Positions 15,364-23,633 of a stretch of 55,969 nt of DNA are shown piece after piece. The stretch comes from Solirubrobacterales bacterium (GTDB taxonomy: Bacteria > Actinomycetota > Thermoleophilia > Solirubrobacterales > 70-9). The notes under the pieces are model-generated. The model saw nothing but the letters and a program-made list of their open reading frames with translations. It did not search any database and was not told the origin of the DNA. Within the stretch, counting starts at the first letter, position 1, and each line of letters opens with the position of its first letter. The position numbers were made by a program, and so were the translations under genes. The stretch spans positions 1 to 55,969 of the forward strand of contig JAWVFG010000051.1 of the NCBI GenBank assembly GCA_033856335.1, read 5' to 3'.

Positions 15364-16589
15364 AGCTGTTGGCCCAGCACCTGAAGCGCGCGCTGCAGCC
15401 CCTCGTCGGGCTTGGTCGAGGGAATGTCCTTCGCCCTCACCTGCGGCGTGATCCCGATGCCGTTGATCGACGTCCCATTACGAGTCAGATACTCCCCCAC
15501 CGTCAGATCGAGCGCGCCGCCGTTCTTCAACGGGATCACCTCCTGGAAAGTTCCCTTGCCGAAGGAGGTGGTCCCCACCACCTTGGCGATCCCCGCCTGC
15601 TCGAGGGCCGCGGTGACGATCTCGGATGCGGAGGCGGTGTCCCCGTTGATCAGAACCGCCATCGGGTGCCGCGGCAGGGCATCGCCGGTCGCGTCGAAGG
15701 TCCGGGTGTGCTGGGTGCGCCCGTGTGTGGAGACGATCACGCCGTTGGGAACGAAGATGCTCGAGACGAGCACGGCCTCGGTGAGCAGGCCCCCTCCATT
15801 CCCTCGCAGGTCCAGGATCAGCCCTTGGGCGCCGCGCTGGTAGAGGTGCTCCACCTCGTTGCGCAACTCGCCGTGCGCCCCTGGGAAGAACCCCGCCAGG
15901 CGCACGTAGCCCACATCGACCCCGTGGACCTTCTCGATTCGCCCGACCACCTGCGGGATCTCCACCTCCCTCCGGGTGAGTGTGACGTCGCGGCTGGTGC
16001 CGTCCCTGCTCGCGATGGTCAGCGTGACCTTGGTGCCGGCGGGCCCCCTGATCTGGCCGGTGACCGCGTTGGCGTCCTTGCCGGCGATCGAACTGCCGTT
16101 GACCGCCGTGATCACCTCGCCCTGCTGGATCCCGGCGTCGCGGGCCGGCGTGTGCTTGTAGACGGTCGCGACCCGCAGGCCGCGAGCGACCTCGTTCACG
16201 GCGATCCCGACTCCCGAAAGGCTGGAGCCCTGCCTGAAGCGGTCGTACTCCGAAGGGTTGAAGTAGTGGGAGAAGCGGTCGTGGTAGCGCTGCTTGATGT
16301 GGGCGATGATCGAGCCGATTGACGCGTTCTCCAGGTCCTTGGAGTCGGTCGTGTGGAAGTAGTCGTCGTGGATCACGTCGATCGCCTGGGCCGTCGCGTC
16401 CTGGCTCTTGTTGCCGAAGACGTCGTTGACCCCGTTGCGGATCGCGTCGACCTGCCCCCCGGCGACGATGCCCACGACGAAGGCGACCAGAACGACAGCC
16501 GCGACAGCGAGTTTTGGCCGGGTCAAATCTTCAGGAAGCGACGCAGCGTCAGGCCGCTGCCCATCGCTGAAACGCCCATGGCCACGCAC
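15360..16589 (-). CDS. S41 family C-terminal processing peptidase with PDZ domain
   Basis: N-terminal TM helix, PDZ region (GDVITAVNG-like: GEVITAVNGSSIAG), and S41 motifs LILDLRGNGGGLL and SASASEIV. An alternative TTG start at 16526 overlaps the ftsX stop as TTGA. Confidence 0.9.
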   Translation of the reverse strand: MRGHGRFSDGQRPDAASLPEDLTRPKLAVAAVVLVAFVVGIVAGGQVDAIRNGVNDVFGNKSQDATAQAIDVIHDDYFHTTDSKDLENASIGSIIAHIKQRYHDRFSHYFNPSEYDRFRQGSSLSGVGIAVNEVARGLRVATVYKHTPARDAGIQQGEVITAVNGSSIAGKDANAVTGQIRGPAGTKVTLTIASRDGTSRDVTLTRREVEIPQVVGRIEKVHGVDVGYVRLAGFFPGAHGELRNEVEHLYQRGAQGLILDLRGNGGGLLTEAVLVSSIFVPNGVIVSTHGRTQHTRTFDATGDALPRHPMAVLINGDTASASEIVTAALEQAGIAKVVGTTSFGKGTFQEVIPLKNGGALDLTVGEYLTRNGTSINGIGITPQVRAKDIPSTKPDEGLQRALQVLGQQL

Positions 16590-17482
16590 AGCAGGACGAG
16601 CGCAAGATTGGCGAAGCCGATCGTATGCCCCGAGGAGATCAAGTTGAAGTTGTTGGCGAGCGGATCCACGATCACCTGCTTACCGATGAAGAGGAAGCCT
16701 ATTGCGATCGCGGCGCCGAAGAGCCCGCAGACGAGGCCCTCCACCATGAACGGCCAGCGAATGAACCAGTTGGTCGCCCCGACCAGTCGCATCACCTCGA
16801 CCTCGCGGCGGCGCGCATAGATCGAAAGCCGGATCGTGTTCGCCACCAGGAGCAGCGAGGCGACCAGCAGCAGCGCGGAGACCGCCGCGAGGACCCAGCG
16901 GATCGCCGTCGTGGCTCCGCTGATCTTGCTGGCGTCGTCGCGCGAATCGCCAATGTCGCTGATCAGCGGGCTGATCGGCGCCGGCGCCCCGGTGGGACCG
17001 GGCGGAGTGATCGCCGCGCGCACGCTCGACAGGTTGGACAGATCGTCCGGGGTCACGTTGAAAGAGGCAGGCAGTGGGTTGTGCGAACCGGGCAGCTGCG
17101 CCGTGATGTCGCTCCGGTTCTGCTGCTTGAGCCGGTCGCTGAGGATCGCGATCGCCTGGTCCTTTGAGACGAACTGGACCGACTTCACATGCGGGATCGC
17201 CGTGAGCTTGGCCTGAAGAGCCTGGATCTGGGCCGGTGGCGCCTGGTTGCCGACTCCGCCGGTCACCGGCACGCCGGAGCTGTTGACGTCGTTCAGGAAG
17301 ACCCGCAGGCCGACCTGGTCGCGAACCTGGTTGGTCTTGCCGTTCGTCGTCTGCAGAACGGGAATCAGGACGCCGAGCAGTAGCACGGTGATGCAGACCG
17401 TGACGATCGCCGCCAGGCTGGGAGCCGCGCTGCGCCTGAGCGCCCGCACCCCTTCCCCGATGAAGAAGAAGACTCGCCCCAT
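16523..17482 (-). CDS. ftsX: Cell division permease-like protein FtsX
   Basis: Topology is TM helix, large extracellular loop, then three C-terminal TM helices (FtsX domain). It lies immediately downstream of ftsE. Confidence 0.9.
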   Translation of the reverse strand: MGRVFFFIGEGVRALRRSAAPSLAAIVTVCITVLLLGVLIPVLQTTNGKTNQVRDQVGLRVFLNDVNSSGVPVTGGVGNQAPPAQIQALQAKLTAIPHVKSVQFVSKDQAIAILSDRLKQQNRSDITAQLPGSHNPLPASFNVTPDDLSNLSSVRAAITPPGPTGAPAPISPLISDIGDSRDDASKISGATTAIRWVLAAVSALLLVASLLLVANTIRLSIYARRREVEVMRLVGATNWFIRWPFMVEGLVCGLFGAAIAIGFLFIGKQVIVDPLANNFNLISSGHTIGFANLALVLLCVAMGVSAMGSGLTLRRFLKI

Positions 17483-17491
17483 GGAAGCCGC

Positions 17492-18340
17492 CTAGTAGCG
17501 GGGCTCCTCGCCCTCGACGCCCATCTCCTCGCGAAGCCGCAGAGCGAACTCGCGGGTCGATTCGTCGTCAGAGGTGTACGTGCCGGCGGCCTGGTCGCGG
17601 ATCACTCGGCCGTCCTGGAGGGCGATCACGCGGCGGCGCATCTTGTCCACCATCTCGCGGTCGTGGGTGACGACGACGACCGTGGTGCCGGTGCGATTGA
17701 TCCGGTACAGCACCTGCATGATCCCGATGGAGGTGTTGGGATCGAGGTTGCCGGTCGGCTCGTCCGCCAGCAGCAGCGGCGGGTGGTTGACGAACGCGCG
17801 CGCCACGGAGAGGCGCTGCTGCTCGCCGCCCGAGAGCTGGTCGGGGAAGCTCTTGACCTTGTCGGCGAGCCCGACCAGGCGGAGCGCGTCGGGCACCTTG
17901 CGGCGGATCTCCGAGCGCGAGGCCCCGATCACCTGCAGCGCGTACGCGACGTTGTCATAGACGTTGCGGCTCGGCAGAAGCTTGTAGTCCTGGAAGACGG
18001 TGCCGATCCGGCGCCGGAGCTGGGGGACCTTCTTGTCGGAGAGGGACGCGATGTCGCGACCCGCGATCAGCACCTCGCCCTCGGTGGGCTGGAGCTCGCG
18101 GATCAGCGTCTTGATCAGGGTCGTCTTGCCGCAGCCGGTCGGACCGACCAGGAAGACGAACTCGCCGCGGTCGACGCGCAGGCTGACGTGCTCGAGGCCG
18201 ACGTGGCCACCCGGATAGACCTTGGTGACCCGGCGCATCTCGACGATCGGCGGGCGGGCCCGCTGCTCGGTGAGATGCTCGGGACGGCGCTGTGCCTTCG
18301 GGCGCGCGCGGAGCAGTTCCGATGTCTGTCGTCTTGCCAT
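17492..18340 (-). CDS. ftsE: Cell division ATP-binding protein FtsE
   Basis: Walker A GPTGCGKTT, signature LSGGEQQR, Walker B LLLADEPTGNLD. ATG 18340 (MARRQTSE...) is preferred over the track start at 18448. The exact start is uncertain. Confidence 0.9.
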   Translation of the reverse strand: MARRQTSELLRARPKAQRRPEHLTEQRARPPIVEMRRVTKVYPGGHVGLEHVSLRVDRGEFVFLVGPTGCGKTTLIKTLIRELQPTEGEVLIAGRDIASLSDKKVPQLRRRIGTVFQDYKLLPSRNVYDNVAYALQVIGASRSEIRRKVPDALRLVGLADKVKSFPDQLSGGEQQRLSVARAFVNHPPLLLADEPTGNLDPNTSIGIMQVLYRINRTGTTVVVVTHDREMVDKMRRRVIALQDGRVIRDQAAGTYTSDDESTREFALRLREEMGVEGEEPRY

Positions 18341-18999
18341 TGAGAGTGATGCCGTCAGGCGCCCCCGCCGAGCCGGCCCCACAGCGATCCACAGGGTAGG
18401 GAACGCCCTAAAGCACAGCGCAAGTTCTCGTTCGCCTTGCAACACCACTCCCCGCGGTTAGTCGCGGCTAGTGGGTGATGTAGCGGCGGCGGGACCGTGT
18501 GGCGTCTACACGGCCCCGCCAACCGCCTTGTCGCACTCCGGTGGCGTCCGATGACACCGGAGATACGCGTTCGCCCCGGTTATCCCCCGGGTGTGGCAAC
18601 GCCGCCGAATCAACAGAACTCGGCGGCGAAGTGGATCGATCTTGAGAGTTAGACGAGCTCATCGGGTCGGATTCGGTCTTCCGCCGGCCCGCGTCGCCCC
18701 CCAACGACTTGTTCCTGCGCAAATAGCGGGAAGGCGCGATGCGAGAACTCGGCCTCGCGACTACCCGGTTCTTTTAATTCTGCGTCAGCCGAACTAGAAT
18801 AGCCGAAGGTTTGGAGGAGCGAAGTCAACGACGCGAATGGCGCCGGCCGCGACTCCACAAAAGGTTGGAGGCACGCCCTGCACGGGGCAGGGTCGGGTTT
18901 CCTCGGCAAGCACGGACGAGCAGAACCGAGGAGCACTTGTGAGCACCAGCGACTCTCTTTATTCGACCCCCTTGCGAAGACTTCGAATCTCCCTGCCCC

Positions 19000-19470
19000 A
19001 TGGGAGCTGCGCACCACAAGGGGATGGCGCGTCGAGGCGAGCGGGTGGAGCGGTCTAGCGGGGCCGCTCCACCCCGCCGACCAGGCGAGAGCGGCGACCA
19101 GGGGACTGCGAACGACCAGCTGCTGACGGTGCGGGTGGAGGCGGTGGGCGCCGACGCATCCATCGTCTCACTGGCCGGCGAGCTGGATCTCAGCACCATC
19201 CCGAGGGTTGAGAGCCTGCTCTTCGAGCAGCTTCGATCGCGTTCCGGCGTGGTCCTGGATCTCAGCGGGCTGAGCTTCATCGACTCATCCGGGATCGGGC
19301 TGCTGATCCAAGGGTTCCGGGCCGAAGACGCCGGCCGTTTGCACACGGTGATCGCCACCGGATCCCAGGTCGAGCGGGTGTTCCGCCTCGCGGGGATCGA
19401 TCGGGCCCTGCCGCTCTTCATCGAGCGAGCGCAGGCTCTCCAGGCGCTGAACGGAGCGGCGGCGGACTAG
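19000..19470 (+). CDS. STAS-domain protein (anti-sigma factor antagonist, SpoIIAA-like)
   Basis: LAGELDLSTIP...VVLDLSGLSFIDSSGIGLL...VFRLAGI matches the STAS fold pattern, with the phosphorylatable Ser in DSSG. The start is ambiguous (ATG 19000, ATG 19024, or GTG 19045 with a GAGG SD). Confidence 0.8.
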   Translation: MGAAHHKGMARRGERVERSSGAAPPRRPGESGDQGTANDQLLTVRVEAVGADASIVSLAGELDLSTIPRVESLLFEQLRSRSGVVLDLSGLSFIDSSGIGLLIQGFRAEDAGRLHTVIATGSQVERVFRLAGIDRALPLFIERAQALQALNGAAAD

Positions 19471-20321
19471 GCGGGATCGTCGCCGTCGACGCTTGCTGCG
19501 GTGGCGCCACCGTCGACGCTTGCGGTGGGCTCATCGCCGTCGACCGACGCAGCGTGGTCGCCGTCCACACCCAATGCGGACTGGACGTCCTCCGCCTCAT
19601 CGAGAGGCTCCAACACGAAAAGCTCCACCGCGAGATCCGGGTCGACGTGAATCGAGCTCATGTAGGCGATCACCTTGCGACCCGTCGCCTCCTCCACGAC
19701 CTGGCGGAACTCCTCCTCCATCGCCTGCTGGAAGCTGCGCCTCATCTGGTACACGGACTCAACGTTTCCGGTGTCGAGCAGCGTTCGCTCCACCCGGGTG
19801 AAGCCGCCGCGCAGTATGGCCACGACCGTGTCGTTGACCTGGTGGGTCTTGGCCTTGGTCGGACCCTTCCCGTAAAAGCGGGAATGAAGCTGGACGAGGC
19901 CAGTCGATATCTGGGCAAGGGTCTCCCCCCTTGCAGGTCCAGGCACTGCTTCGTGCGGGGTAACGGCAAACCTCCAGGTATCGGTTGCCGCCCCTCTTAG
20001 GGTGAGCGATGAAGCGCGAAGGGAAGAGTTGCGGGAAGACCCAACGAGCGCGCGTAATCCTAGGGAGTCAGGTGCAGCAGACGCCGCGCCGCCTGTGTCC
20101 AGGGTACTCCTATCCCCGAGGCCCGTTGGAGCGCGCTCCAGGAGGGAGATGTACCCTGGTATAGCCGCCGGCGGCGCGAGTCGACGTTTCGGCGGAGATC
20201 TGAGAGCGATCGGACGAACACCCTCCCCTCGGGACGGCTGAGCGGACAATCGCCCCTCTTCGACGGGGTTCCCGTCCGGCGTGAAAGAGGTGGTTCCGAT
20301 CACAGATCGATCCGAAGACAC
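19467..20321 (-). CDS. MpsC/DUF2294 family protein with a repetitive acidic C-terminus (N-terminal extent doubtful)
   Basis: Core ISTGLVQLHSRFYGKGPTKAKTHQVNDTVVAILRGGFTRVERTLL...MRRSFQQAMEEEFRQVVEEATGRKVIAYMSSIHVDPDLAVELFVLEP. The first ~130 aa of the track ORF are low-complexity and may be non-coding. Confidence 0.7.
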   Translation of the reverse strand: MSSDRSVIGTTSFTPDGNPVEEGRLSAQPSRGEGVRPIALRSPPKRRLAPPAAIPGYISLLERAPTGLGDRSTLDTGGAASAAPDSLGLRALVGSSRNSSLRASSLTLRGAATDTWRFAVTPHEAVPGPARGETLAQISTGLVQLHSRFYGKGPTKAKTHQVNDTVVAILRGGFTRVERTLLDTGNVESVYQMRRSFQQAMEEEFRQVVEEATGRKVIAYMSSIHVDPDLAVELFVLEPLDEAEDVQSALGVDGDHAASVDGDEPTASVDGGATAASVDGDDPA

Positions 20322-20724
20322 CGAGGACGTCGGTCCGCGGGGCCCCGAGGATCCGAGTGATCCCCGAGACGCTCGCGAGCCACCAACGGGTGTGGAGGTC
20401 CGCGACGAGATCGCCCGCGAGATCCTCCGTATTCACGAGGAGTCATACGGCAAGGGTGCGGGCCGGGCTCATGCGCTCGTGATGGAGGACTGGGTCACGG
20501 TGGTTCTCGACGACCTGGAGCTTCTGCCCAACGAGGAGTTCCTGGTCGGCAAGGGCAGGCACGAGGTGGTGACCCAGGTGAGGACTCAGTACCAGCAAGC
20601 GATCCGGTCGAGCTTCGAAGCGGCGATCGAGCGCGCCACCGGGCGTCGGGTGGTGGGCTTTGCGAGTGCCGTGAGCCTCGAGGACGAGCCCCGGTTCGTG
20701 GCGGAGATCTTCAAGCTCGCCTAG
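20281..20724 (+). CDS. MpsC/DUF2294 family protein (divergent paralog)
   Basis: IAREILRIHEESYGKGAGRAHALVMEDWVTVVLDDL...VRTQYQQAIRSSFEAAIERATGRRVVGFASAVSLEDEPRFVAEIFKL has the same architecture as the neighbour. Start uncertain. Confidence 0.75.
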   Translation: MKEVVPITDRSEDTEDVGPRGPEDPSDPRDAREPPTGVEVRDEIAREILRIHEESYGKGAGRAHALVMEDWVTVVLDDLELLPNEEFLVGKGRHEVVTQVRTQYQQAIRSSFEAAIERATGRRVVGFASAVSLEDEPRFVAEIFKLA

Positions 20725-20747
20725 CCGGCTCGCGTAGCTCGCTCGGG

Positions 20748-20847
20748 CCGGCTTCGCCATCAGATCGCGGCCACCAGCGGCCGCCCCACATAAGTCGCTC
20801 CGGGCTTCGCCCTCCGCTCCAAAGTGGAGCGGCCTCGGTGGCCGCTA
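20748..20847 (-). repeat. Palindromic intergenic element, copy B (follows the stop of the transketolase C-subunit gene)
   Basis: Minus strand: TAGCGGCCACCGAGGCCGCTCCACTTTGGAGCGGAGGGCGAAGCCCGGAGCGACTTATGTGGGGCGGCCGCTGGTGGCCGCGATCTGATGGCGAAGCCGG. The TAG is the stop of gene 20845..21864. Confidence 0.85.
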
Positions 20848-21864
20848 GGACCAGGGGCCGCCCTGGATGGGCGGGTGCTGCACGATGGGCTTCTTGAGGA
20901 GGGCCTCGCGAGCCAGATCGGCGATGCCGCTGGCGGTGAGGCCGAAGTGCTCCATGCATGCCTCGGCGGTCCCAGAGACGCCGAACTCGTCCTGCATTCC
21001 CAGCGCAAAGACCGGAACCGGATGCTGCTCGGCGGCGACCTGGCGTATCGCGTCACCCAGCCCGCCGACGACGCGGTGCTCCTCGGCGGTCACAGCAACG
21101 CCGGTCTTGGCCAGCGAGCGCAGCACACTCTGTGAGTCGATCGGCTTGATGATCGAGACGTTGACCACCTCGGCCTCTACCCCGTCCTCTCGCTCGAGGG
21201 TCTCCGCTGCCTCCAGCCCGCGCCAGACCATGTGACCGCAGGTGAAGATCGAGATGTCCTTGCCCTCCCGCAGAACGTCGACGCCGGTGCCGAGCGTCTC
21301 GGGGATCTCGCTGTAGACGACCGGCGTCTTGGGCCGGCCGAAGCGCATGTACATCGGGCCGTCGAAGCGCTCGTAGGACTCGATCACCGCCGTGTAGGCC
21401 TGGTTGTAGTCGGCCGGCACGATGACCTGCATCTTGGGCATCGCCCGCATCAGCGCGATGTCCTCGATCATCTGGTGGGAAGCGCCGTCCTCGCCGAGCG
21501 AGACTCCGCCGTGCGACGCGCCGATCCGGACCTTGAGCTCGTTGTGGGCGATGCCGAGGCGCACCTGGTCGTAGGAGCGAGAGGTGGCGAAGATCGCGAA
21601 GGTCGATGCGTAGGGGACCTTGCCGCTGGCGGCCAGGCCGGTGGAGATCGACATCATGTTCGCCTCAGCGGCTCCGATGTTGAAGAAGCGCTCGGGGAAC
21701 TGCTTGCCGAACTTGATCGACTGAGTGGAGACAGCGAGGTCGGCGTCGAGCGCGACGACCTCCGGGTAGGTCTCGCCAAGAGCGACCAGCGCGTCGCCGT
21801 AGGCCTGGCGCGTCGCCATCGATTCGGTCTGCGGCTCCGCCGCCGCAATCAGCTCGCTCGCCAT
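20845..21864 (-). CDS. Transketolase, C-terminal (pyrimidine-binding) subunit
   Basis: Typical split-transketolase C subunit (TRQAYGDALVALG..., EANMMSISTGLA, GASHQMIEDIALMRAMP). ATG overlaps the stop of the N-subunit gene. Confidence 0.9.
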   Translation of the reverse strand: MASELIAAAEPQTESMATRQAYGDALVALGETYPEVVALDADLAVSTQSIKFGKQFPERFFNIGAAEANMMSISTGLAASGKVPYASTFAIFATSRSYDQVRLGIAHNELKVRIGASHGGVSLGEDGASHQMIEDIALMRAMPKMQVIVPADYNQAYTAVIESYERFDGPMYMRFGRPKTPVVYSEIPETLGTGVDVLREGKDISIFTCGHMVWRGLEAAETLEREDGVEAEVVNVSIIKPIDSQSVLRSLAKTGVAVTAEEHRVVGGLGDAIRQVAAEQHPVPVFALGMQDEFGVSGTAEACMEHFGLTASGIADLAREALLKKPIVQHPPIQGGPWS

Positions 21865-22838
21865 CAGGCCCCACCCTCCAAGCTCTTGGTCTGCTCCTTG
21901 TAGGTCGCTTCCAGCTCCTCCATCGCCTGCTCGGCCTGCTCGGCGCTCGGCGGCTTGCCGTGGAACCCGAAGCGGTCCTCCATGAATGAGACACCGCGGC
22001 CCTTCTTGGTCTGGCAGACGATCGCCGCGGGGCGGTCGATGGTGCGGCTGCGCTCCAGCGACTCGACGATCGCGTCCATGTCGTGGCCGTCGATCTCAAC
22101 GGCGTCCCAGCCGAAAGCCTCGAACTTGGCGCGGACGTCGCCGGTGTCCATGACCTCCTCGGTGGTGCCGTCGGTCTGCAGGTGGTTGTAGTCGACGATC
22201 GCGGTGAGGTTGGACAGGCCGAAGTGCGCGGCGGACATGGCCCCCTCCCAGCTCTCGCCCTCCTGGCAGTCGCCGTCCGACATCACGGTGAAGACCTGGG
22301 AGATGTCCGAGAGCTCGTCGAGCCGCATCGCCAGGCAGATGCCGACGCTCATCGAGAGGCCCTGGCCGAGCGAGCCGGTCGAGACCTCGATGCCCGGGGT
22401 CCGGGTCATGTCGGGGTGGCCCTGCAGATGTGAGCCGATCTGGCGGAGCCCCATCAGGTCCTCGGCCGGGAAGTAACCGTGCTCTGCGAGCGCGGCGTAC
22501 TGGATCGGCGCTGCGTGCCCCTTGGAGAGGACGAAGCGGTCGCGCTCCGGCCATTTCGGGTTGGACGGATCGTGGCGCAGCACCCGGTAGTAGAGGGCGG
22601 CGACGATGTCCGCCGCCGAAAGAGAGCTGTCCAGGTGTCCGGACTTGGCGACCGCGAGCATCCGCACGCACTGGATCCGCAGGACGGTGGCGTAGCGGTT
22701 CAGCTCGGCGACCGAGGGTTTGCCTCCCGCCTTGCTGGGTGGCTCCGGAGTGGGATCTGGGACGGGCTTCAGGTGCGCCATTGATGGCTCAGCTTGCGCC
22801 TGGTCGTACGGAATGGCCTTGGGCTGCGGCTTGCTCAA
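21864..22838 (-). CDS. Transketolase, N-terminal (TPP-binding) subunit
   Basis: GHLDSSLSAADIVAALYY, SKGHAAP, and GSLGQGLSMSVG...MSDGDCQEG (TPP motif). It has a ~45-aa N-terminal extension, so the start is uncertain. Confidence 0.9.
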   Translation of the reverse strand: MSKPQPKAIPYDQAQAEPSMAHLKPVPDPTPEPPSKAGGKPSVAELNRYATVLRIQCVRMLAVAKSGHLDSSLSAADIVAALYYRVLRHDPSNPKWPERDRFVLSKGHAAPIQYAALAEHGYFPAEDLMGLRQIGSHLQGHPDMTRTPGIEVSTGSLGQGLSMSVGICLAMRLDELSDISQVFTVMSDGDCQEGESWEGAMSAAHFGLSNLTAIVDYNHLQTDGTTEEVMDTGDVRAKFEAFGWDAVEIDGHDMDAIVESLERSRTIDRPAAIVCQTKKGRGVSFMEDRFGFHGKPPSAEQAEQAMEELEATYKEQTKSLEGGA

Positions 22839-22927
22839 GACCGGGCGGCGAGGGTAGCAGCGGGCGGCACCGGCGAACAGCCTAGATATCGCCGCCGACG
22901 GAACTCGCTCGCCATAGCCTTCAGTCC

Positions 22928-23632
22928 ATGAGGATCGCGGCGATCGGGATCACAGCGGCCGTGCTGGCCCTCGCCGGCTGCGGAGGATCGGACGGCGGAG
23001 ATCAGGGGACGGCTGCAGCGACCCCCACCGCGGTCACCGCAACCGGGACCGGCAACGCGAAGGTGAACGGCAAGCTGCCGCCGGGGGCGGTCGGCCCGGT
23101 TGACACCGCGGAGCAGGCGGCCGAGGGGCCCGCCGCCACCGAGGCGAGCCCCGAGGCGGCCGCGACCGGACCGCGCTCGACGGGCAACCTGCCCGACGCC
23201 GACAGCACGGCGGTGACGGCAGTCGTGAGCAGCTACATCGCGGCCCTCGACGGCCACGACGCCGGGCGCGTCTGCACCCTGATCGCAACGGGCGGCATCG
23301 ACCTGAACGAGCTGCCGAAGCACCGCCGCGGCTGCCGATCGTCGGTGCGCGCGTCGATCGGCTCGCGGCCACGCGGGGGTGGCCCCGCCTGGCGGCGCAC
23401 CCGGCTGGTCGAGGTGAAGGCGGAGGCGCTGGCCGACGACCGCGCCAGGGTGACGGCCACCGTCACCCATCGCTTCTCGGATCGCAAGTACGTCTCCGTC
23501 GAGGACGACGTGATCTACCTCGAGAAGACCGGCGGCCGATGGCTGCTGGCCAAGCCGAGCGGGACCTTCTATCGAGCGGTCGGGTACGCGGACCCGCCGC
23601 TCCAAGCCTTCTCTCCCCCACCCGGCTGGTAA
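22928..23632 (+). CDS. Lipoprotein, unknown function
   Basis: Lipobox LALAGC and an Ala/Thr/Gly-rich linker. The C-terminal ~130 aa have a compact-domain pattern without motifs I recognise. Confidence 0.65.
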   Translation: MRIAAIGITAAVLALAGCGGSDGGDQGTAAATPTAVTATGTGNAKVNGKLPPGAVGPVDTAEQAAEGPAATEASPEAAATGPRSTGNLPDADSTAVTAVVSSYIAALDGHDAGRVCTLIATGGIDLNELPKHRRGCRSSVRASIGSRPRGGGPAWRRTRLVEVKAEALADDRARVTATVTHRFSDRKYVSVEDDVIYLEKTGGRWLLAKPSGTFYRAVGYADPPLQAFSPPPGW

Positions 23633-23633
23633 C

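Noticed and set aside
12970-15384. 804-aa plus-strand ORF. Other very long plus ORFs of the same kind: 7..1275, 23643..25142, 35993..37135, 37172..38914, 40715..42583, 42698..44137.
   Set aside because: All lie antisense to genes with unmistakable family motifs (rnr/smpB, the ABC permease, secA, the PQQ dehydrogenase, ahcY). Their translations are Arg/Gly/Pro/Asp-rich low-complexity strings, typical of stop-poor antisense frames in high-GC DNA.
18450-18800. RNase P RNA, SRP RNA or 6S RNA in the long ftsE/STAS spacer.
   Set aside because: The universally conserved RNase P string GGAAAGTCC and the SRP domain IV GGAA/AGCAG motif are absent on both strands. 6S RNA cannot be judged by eye. The region is kept only as an unassigned structured leader.
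18837-19058. 73-aa plus ORF downstream of a GGAGGAG motif in the STAS leader.
   Set aside because: The SD-like motif lies 17 nt from the ATG, which is too far. The peptide is low-complexity and overlaps the STAS start region out of frame.
20443-20760. 105-aa minus ORF MAKPARASYASRLGELEDL...
   Set aside because: It is opened by the ATG carried in repeat copy B and runs antisense through the well-supported plus-strand DUF2294 gene. It has no motifs.
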